Below, piece by piece: positions 27,112 to 31,851 of a DNA stretch of 31,851 nucleotides. The translations under genes were made by a program, and so were the position numbers. Numbering within the stretch: the first letter of the stretch is position 1; every line of letters begins with the position of its first letter. The notes below the pieces were generated by a model. That model was not told where the DNA came from, made no database searches, and was given only the letters and a program-made list of their open reading frames with translations. The stretch is from positions 1 to 31,851 of the forward strand of contig JAEOSU010000087.1 of the NCBI GenBank assembly GCA_016840165.1, written 5' to 3'. The DNA comes from Promethearchaeota archaeon (GTDB lineage Archaea > Asgardarchaeota > Lokiarchaeia > Sigyniarchaeales > SOKP01).

Positions 27112-28329
27112 ATGTCATTAAACCAAGATGAGAAGGATTATATTTCAAAGATATTCAATCATGGAGTAGCACATCTTTCTGATGATGCTATCCCTAATCG
27201 CATAATCTGTGTCCATAATATCCATTGGTGTATAGAAAATTTACTTCGTAAGGCGTCTCAAGAATGGACAAATATTGATTATAGGGCAGGATTTGAAGAT
27301 ATATTAAATATTTTTGACAGTAGGCATAACATTCCTATAGACTTAAAAAATGAAATGCGAAGGTTAAATACAATTAGAAATGATATGGAGCATAGATCTT
27401 TATTCCATGATATTAGAGACATCTTAAATTTAATACCTAAGGCAAGAGAGTTTATTTCTTGGATAGCTAAAATAAAATTTAATACCATCATTGATTTGTA
27501 TTCAGTTTCAGCAGCGGACGAATCAAATATTATAACCGATTTTAATAATTGGAAAAGAATGAAGATAGAACAATTCGATATCAATAATTTTGAGAATTTG
27601 ATTTTTATTCTTATAATCCCAACTACTTATTCTCCCAATATCATCGAAATGCATATTGATGGAATTAATGAAATGGTAGGATCAACCCTTGAATCAGGTG
27701 TTAGGATTTCTGGCAGAAATCCTGAGCATGAATCCGCAATTGAAAAATATTTTCGAAGTTTTAGACATATATTTAGCCATCCTTCTCAAGTTTTTTCAAT
27801 CCCTACATATATGCGTTATTATAATGAAATTGGAGATGAATTACGAGTATTTCCCGATGGTAGGATTTATATAGCGTTTAAATTTGGAATGACAGTTAGG
27901 GATGAGTTGGGATTTAATATAGAGAATTTATATTCTGGTAGGGAGGTATTTAATATTAATTCACAGTATATAACCTATTATAATCTACCTTTTAATGAAT
28001 ATAGACCAAATATGCTTGAGTATATATTAAAGCTTGTGCTTTACAGTTTTCACCCGGACAATATTCATTCTGGTGTTAAAGCTCTTACAAAATTTCATCG
28101 AATTTTTATTACTTTGCCTTTCATGAGAAGAAATGGAGAGCCATGCAAATTAGATCGCCATTTAGATGATGACCATTGGTTTGAATCTCCACGAATTTAT
28201 TGTGGAGAGGAAGAGGAGTTAACTTTCAAAAGATCAATTAATTTTGATGAGATTCAGGGCGTTTTAGAAGAGTTTAAAAATTGGACATATTCATTTTTCC
28301 GAAATCCTCATGATACTGGATTTATGTGA
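27112..28329 (+). CDS. N-terminal HEPN-like domain fused to the same unnamed C-terminal domain as 13880-15157
   Basis: HWCIENLLRK and LNTIRNDMEH (RxxxxH); C-terminal homology seen by manual alignment. Start is ATG 27112 or TTG 27100. Confidence 0.8.
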   Translation: MSLNQDEKDYISKIFNHGVAHLSDDAIPNRIICVHNIHWCIENLLRKASQEWTNIDYRAGFEDILNIFDSRHNIPIDLKNEMRRLNTIRNDMEHRSLFHDIRDILNLIPKAREFISWIAKIKFNTIIDLYSVSAADESNIITDFNNWKRMKIEQFDINNFENLIFILIIPTTYSPNIIEMHIDGINEMVGSTLESGVRISGRNPEHESAIEKYFRSFRHIFSHPSQVFSIPTYMRYYNEIGDELRVFPDGRIYIAFKFGMTVRDELGFNIENLYSGREVFNINSQYITYYNLPFNEYRPNMLEYILKLVLYSFHPDNIHSGVKALTKFHRIFITLPFMRRNGEPCKLDRHLDDDHWFESPRIYCGEEEELTFKRSINFDEIQGVLEEFKNWTYSFFRNPHDTGFM

Positions 28330-28443
28330 GGACTTGATTGTAGACTTAAATATATGGATATTAATCTGAATTATTTCGGACTCTTTTTAAATAACAATAT
28401 AAAAAATGTGTCCTTGTTAATAAAAAGAGTGTGAGATCATAAA

Positions 28444-30300
28444 ATGGAAGAAATAATTGAAAGAGGAAAAAAGCTTTTTTTAAAAGGGGAGTATCAAAAG
28501 GCTGAAGAAATATTCAAATCAGCTTATAAGAATTATAAACAAAAGAATATGTTGAGTGAGATGGCAACTTCATTGAAATATCTTACAGATCTATATTTGG
28601 AGACAGAGCAAGACGATATAGTCTTAGATTATCTTTTAGAACTTTTACAATATTATCAGGAATTAAATCAATTTGATAAAGAAGTACAAACTTTGAGTAA
28701 CATTGGAAGAACTTACGCAAAATTGCAAAAAATAAAGAGAGGGAAGCAATATTTTAAAAAAGCACTTGAATTGAGTGAGAGATTTAATTACGAATTAGGG
28801 AAAGCATATGTTCTTTTTAATTGGGGTGAAAGTTTAAGATACGAGGGGAAATTGGAAGAGGCTCTTGTTAAACTTAATGAAGCTGGTAAAAGATTCCTAA
28901 AACTTAGGGTGTATGATAAATCGGTAGCAGTCTATCTCTCAATGATAAGTATTCAAAGATTAATGCAAAATATTACCTCATCTCGAAAGACAATACAATT
29001 AATTGAAGACGTACTAAAATTAGTCCCTCATAATCGAACTCTAGCTAATAGTTATATAAATTTGGCTATACAATTCCAATTACTGGAAGAATATAAGAAA
29101 TCACTTTTATATTTGAATAAAGCCCTAGATATAGGTGAAAGACTTAATTTGAAGGGAATTCAAGCTCACTGTCATATGAATATTGGTTATATTTATATTA
29201 ACCTTAAAAGAAACGTTCTGGCAAAGAAATATTTAGATAAATCATTAAAGATGTACAAAGAACTTGAAGATAATGATGGATTAAGTAAGGTTTACAATGG
29301 ATTGGGGTTTTATAACTTAGAAAAAGGGAATCTTGATGATGCTATTAATTTTATCGAGCTTTCACTAAAATATACCCAAAATAATATTGAACTAGAGATC
29401 AGAAATTATCTTCTACTTGATGATATATATAAACTAAAAAGAAATAACCTATTCCGATTTAAAAGTTTATTTGCTGTTGTTAAAAAATATGACCAAATCT
29501 TGATTAACATCAAAAATCCAATACTGAAGCAAGACTTCTATCGTAATATATTCGAAAATATCAGGAATTTACATAAAATAATACAAGTTTTATCAGATAA
29601 AGAAATAAAAGTAAATGTAGATGAATTAGAGGAAATTCGATTAATAGCTCGAAATAATTGTGTTCAGGTTAAAAAATTAACGGGGATTACGAGTCAAGCA
29701 GAATACATAGAAATTACGAAAGAATTAATATCTGTTATTGAAGATATGAAAGGTAAATATTTAGAAAATGATTCTAGAGAAATATATGCCAAAAAGGGCT
29801 TTGAAATGGAATGGGTAAAGCATTATAAAAATATTACAGAAGAAGAACGTCAAATTTTAATAAAAAATGGTTGTTATGATGGTAAAAATCCACCGAAACA
29901 GGTAGAAATAGATTTATTTGGTAAAAAAAGTCAATTAAGCGGTATTACTTATCTCATAGGAGAATGCAGAAATCGAAAACGAAAAGTAAATAGAAATGCG
30001 GTAAAATGTTTCATTATAAAAGCTTACATTGTTGCAAAATACTTAATGGAATATCATGAGTTTAAAGACGGATTAAGCCCTCAATTTCAATTGATTTTCA
30101 TTTCGACTAGTGGATTTGAGAGTGAAATAAATATAGAGAAAAAAATTAAGAAATACTGGAAGCATCCAGTAGGAAGATTGATTAATAAAACATGTGATCT
30201 TATCTCATATACTGAATTTCTTGAATTGATGAAATATCACAAAATATCAACACAACCATACAGAAAGCTGAAAAAAGTCCAACAAAAATATAAATTATGA
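28444..30300 (+). CDS. TPR-repeat protein with C-terminal PD-(D/E)XK restriction-endonuclease-like domain
   Basis: Repeated TPR motifs (TLSNIGRTY...YFKKALEL; CHMNIGYIY...YLDKSLKM); C-terminal GKYLE...EIDLFG...IGECR...FISTSGF. Confidence 0.85.
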   Translation: MEEIIERGKKLFLKGEYQKAEEIFKSAYKNYKQKNMLSEMATSLKYLTDLYLETEQDDIVLDYLLELLQYYQELNQFDKEVQTLSNIGRTYAKLQKIKRGKQYFKKALELSERFNYELGKAYVLFNWGESLRYEGKLEEALVKLNEAGKRFLKLRVYDKSVAVYLSMISIQRLMQNITSSRKTIQLIEDVLKLVPHNRTLANSYINLAIQFQLLEEYKKSLLYLNKALDIGERLNLKGIQAHCHMNIGYIYINLKRNVLAKKYLDKSLKMYKELEDNDGLSKVYNGLGFYNLEKGNLDDAINFIELSLKYTQNNIELEIRNYLLLDDIYKLKRNNLFRFKSLFAVVKKYDQILINIKNPILKQDFYRNIFENIRNLHKIIQVLSDKEIKVNVDELEEIRLIARNNCVQVKKLTGITSQAEYIEITKELISVIEDMKGKYLENDSREIYAKKGFEMEWVKHYKNITEEERQILIKNGCYDGKNPPKQVEIDLFGKKSQLSGITYLIGECRNRKRKVNRNAVKCFIIKAYIVAKYLMEYHEFKDGLSPQFQLIFISTSGFESEINIEKKIKKYWKHPVGRLINKTCDLISYTEFLELMKYHKISTQPYRKLKKVQQKYKL

Positions 30301-30437
30301 TATTTCTTAATTATAAAAAAAATCAAAAAAAGTGAAGTGGGCAATTTTTTATATAGCACTCCGACTTAATTTTTTATATCCAGTATTAGACAAAAATTAA
30401 TTGTAAAATTTACATTCCATATCAGGGTGATAAAAGC

Positions 30438-30856
30438 ATGGGAAAACAACTCAAGCTGACCGATATTGGAAAGCAGAGTCCAGAAGGGAGGGCAAAGTCT
30501 CCTTCTAAAGAACAAAGGATTAAAGAACTTCAGAAAGAAGTGGAATATCATCAGCATCTCTATTATAATTCTCAGTCCGAGATAAGTGATGCCGAGTTTG
30601 ATAAGCTATGGGATGAGTTAAGACGCCTTGATCCCAATAATGAGGTGCTTTCACGGGTAGGGGCAGATTTCGATCCCAGTTTGGAAAAGATTCCTCATAT
30701 TATTCGATGAATTCGCAAGATAAAGTAACTTCGCCCCAAGAGTTTTATAAATGGGCAAAAAAGCGTAATTATTCTAAATTTCTCGTGCAATATAAATTAG
30801 ATGGAATCAGCATTGAGTTACAATTTATTAAAGCGAAGTTTCAATACGGGGTAACA
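30438..30856 (+). pseudogene. ligA: NAD-dependent DNA ligase, frameshifted and truncated 5' fragment
   Basis: YHQHLYY...ISDAEFDKLWDELRRL domain Ia; H-x-x-P-M-x-S-x-D-K split by a -1 frameshift at ~30705; motif I YKLDGISIEL; similarity stops at GVT (30856), before the expected RGDG. Confidence 0.9.
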
Positions 30857-30969
30857 CTTCATTTTCCTTTTTTGACTTTGATAGATAATAATTCTATTTT
30901 TGTATTATTGATTAAAATAATAAAACTTAATAGATTTAGACAATTTAAGAAATTGAGTGGAAAAGAAAG

Positions 30970-31851
30970 TTGAGCTTTAGAAGTCTTGAAATTAGCAATT
31001 ATTCTATTGTTGCTCTTGAGAAATTAGGGATCTTTAAGCCTACTCCTGTGCAGAAAGCTTCTATCCCTTTGATTTTAGAAAACCGTCATATCATGGTGCA
31101 AGCAAGGACAGGTAGCGGGAAGACTTTAGCATATTTACTACCTATAATTGAGAGATTGAATTATGTCTTTAATGAAGTTTTAATTATTTTGCCTACTAGA
31201 GAACTTGCAAAACAAGTTGAAAGTGTTTTATCTGATTTAGGAATTGATAAAATTAGATCCCTAACCGTATATGGTGGAGTCTCAATCAACAATCAGATAA
31301 AAAAGTTAGAAAAGGGTGTGCATTTTATTATTGGTACACCAGGGAGGATTATTGATTTATATAAAAGAGGATACTTGAGACTAAAGAATATAAAATTTGT
31401 TGTTGTTGACGAGGCCGACAGACTTTTTGATTTTGGCTTTGCTCCTGATGTAAAATATATCCTAAATCAGATTAAATCCGAGTATCAATTCTTATTGTTT
31501 TCGGCAACTATGCATTATGAATTTCGGGAGTTAGTTAAGAAGTATTCCAAAAATCAGTTTGAATTTATCAATCTGAGTAAAGATGACTTAACGGTAAGAA
31601 ATACACGGCAATATTATTATATGATTGATAGATTTCGAAACAAGTTTAGAACGTTTTTGGAAATCTTGAAGTATGAGAAACCAAAGAGAGCATTAGTTTT
31701 TGTTAATACAAAGAAAACAGCTTCTTGGTTAGCTCGAAAAATGAAAGGTTTAAAGTATAAATATTATGATGTAGATGAGATCTCAGGAGATTTATCTCAG
31801 CATCAGCGAGAGACCATTTTAAAGAAATTTAGGGATAATAAGATTAACATG
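30970..31851 (+). CDS. DEAD-box RNA helicase, 3'-partial
   Basis: TTG start 30970; PTPVQ, ARTGSGKT, PTRELA, YGG, GTPGRI, DEADR, FSAT, LVFVNTK motifs. Absent from the ORF track because it runs off the edge. Confidence 0.95.
   Translation, partial: MSFRSLEISNYSIVALEKLGIFKPTPVQKASIPLILENRHIMVQARTGSGKTLAYLLPIIERLNYVFNEVLIILPTRELAKQVESVLSDLGIDKIRSLTVYGGVSINNQIKKLEKGVHFIIGTPGRIIDLYKRGYLRLKNIKFVVVDEADRLFDFGFAPDVKYILNQIKSEYQFLLFSATMHYEFRELVKKYSKNQFEFINLSKDDLTVRNTRQYYYMIDRFRNKFRTFLEILKYEKPKRALVFVNTKKTASWLARKMKGLKYKYYDVDEISGDLSQHQRETILKKFRDNKINM

Larger units (their letters stand above)
13238..30300. other. Defence-like accessory island
   Basis: Clustering of TIR, NDT-like, two HEPN, two PD-(D/E)XK, NERD and UDG-like domains with gene remnants; visibly more AT-rich than 1-13050. 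Boundaries approximate. Confidence 0.65.

Noticed and set aside
13150-30370. Recurring intergenic T(T/A)AGTCGG-like motif (near 13159, 15504, 24311, and reversed at 30361) as possible recombination half-sites
   Set aside because: Too short and degenerate. I found no 11-6-11 dif-like or attC-like arrangement, and enrichment statistics would be needed.
13986-30557. Antisense or out-of-frame ORFs at 13986, 14713, 19236, 20050, 21043, 22704, 24552, 26554, 27279, 27689 and 30366
   Set aside because: They overlap better-supported genes or lack any motif, and their composition mirrors the real coding strand.
30857-30973. C-terminal part of the 88-aa ORF 30707-30973
   Set aside because: Read-through into AT-rich DNA after the ligA breakpoint; not ligase-like.

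Overview
AT-rich archaeal DNA, most likely an Asgard (Lokiarchaeia-like) genome. Support for this: a Loki-CTERM-like ISGY-TM-KKK tail, GGTGA/GAGG Shine-Dalgarno sites and a TFIIB-type Zn ribbon. The window has three zones. (1) 1-9683 is a giant minus-strand ORF absent from the ORF track (>3227 aa, runs off the left edge). It has a charged N-terminus, about 7 TM helices and a large glycosylated-looking ectodomain with LamG, lectin-like repeat cassettes and Ig-like units. (2) 9782-13052 is a compact regulatory module: two convergent wHTH genes, operator-like repeats, a ParB-type HTH/Zn-finger gene and an RHH-like gene, resembling a mobile-element control region. (3) 13238-30300 is a more AT-rich defence-like island (UDG-like, NDT/TIR-like, TIR-SMC-head, DUF4365, two HEPN proteins, TPR-PD-(D/E)XK, truncated NERD), followed by a broken ligA and a DEAD-box helicase. 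The three most notable observations are: two proteins 12 kb apart that share an unnamed ~250-aa C-terminal domain but carry different effectors (NDT-like vs HEPN); two structurally covarying ~120-145 nt fold-back elements bracketing a HEPN gene; and a TIR fused to an armless SMC head whose catalytic Glu is replaced by Asn. All domain calls are from motif reading by eye, with no database searches.
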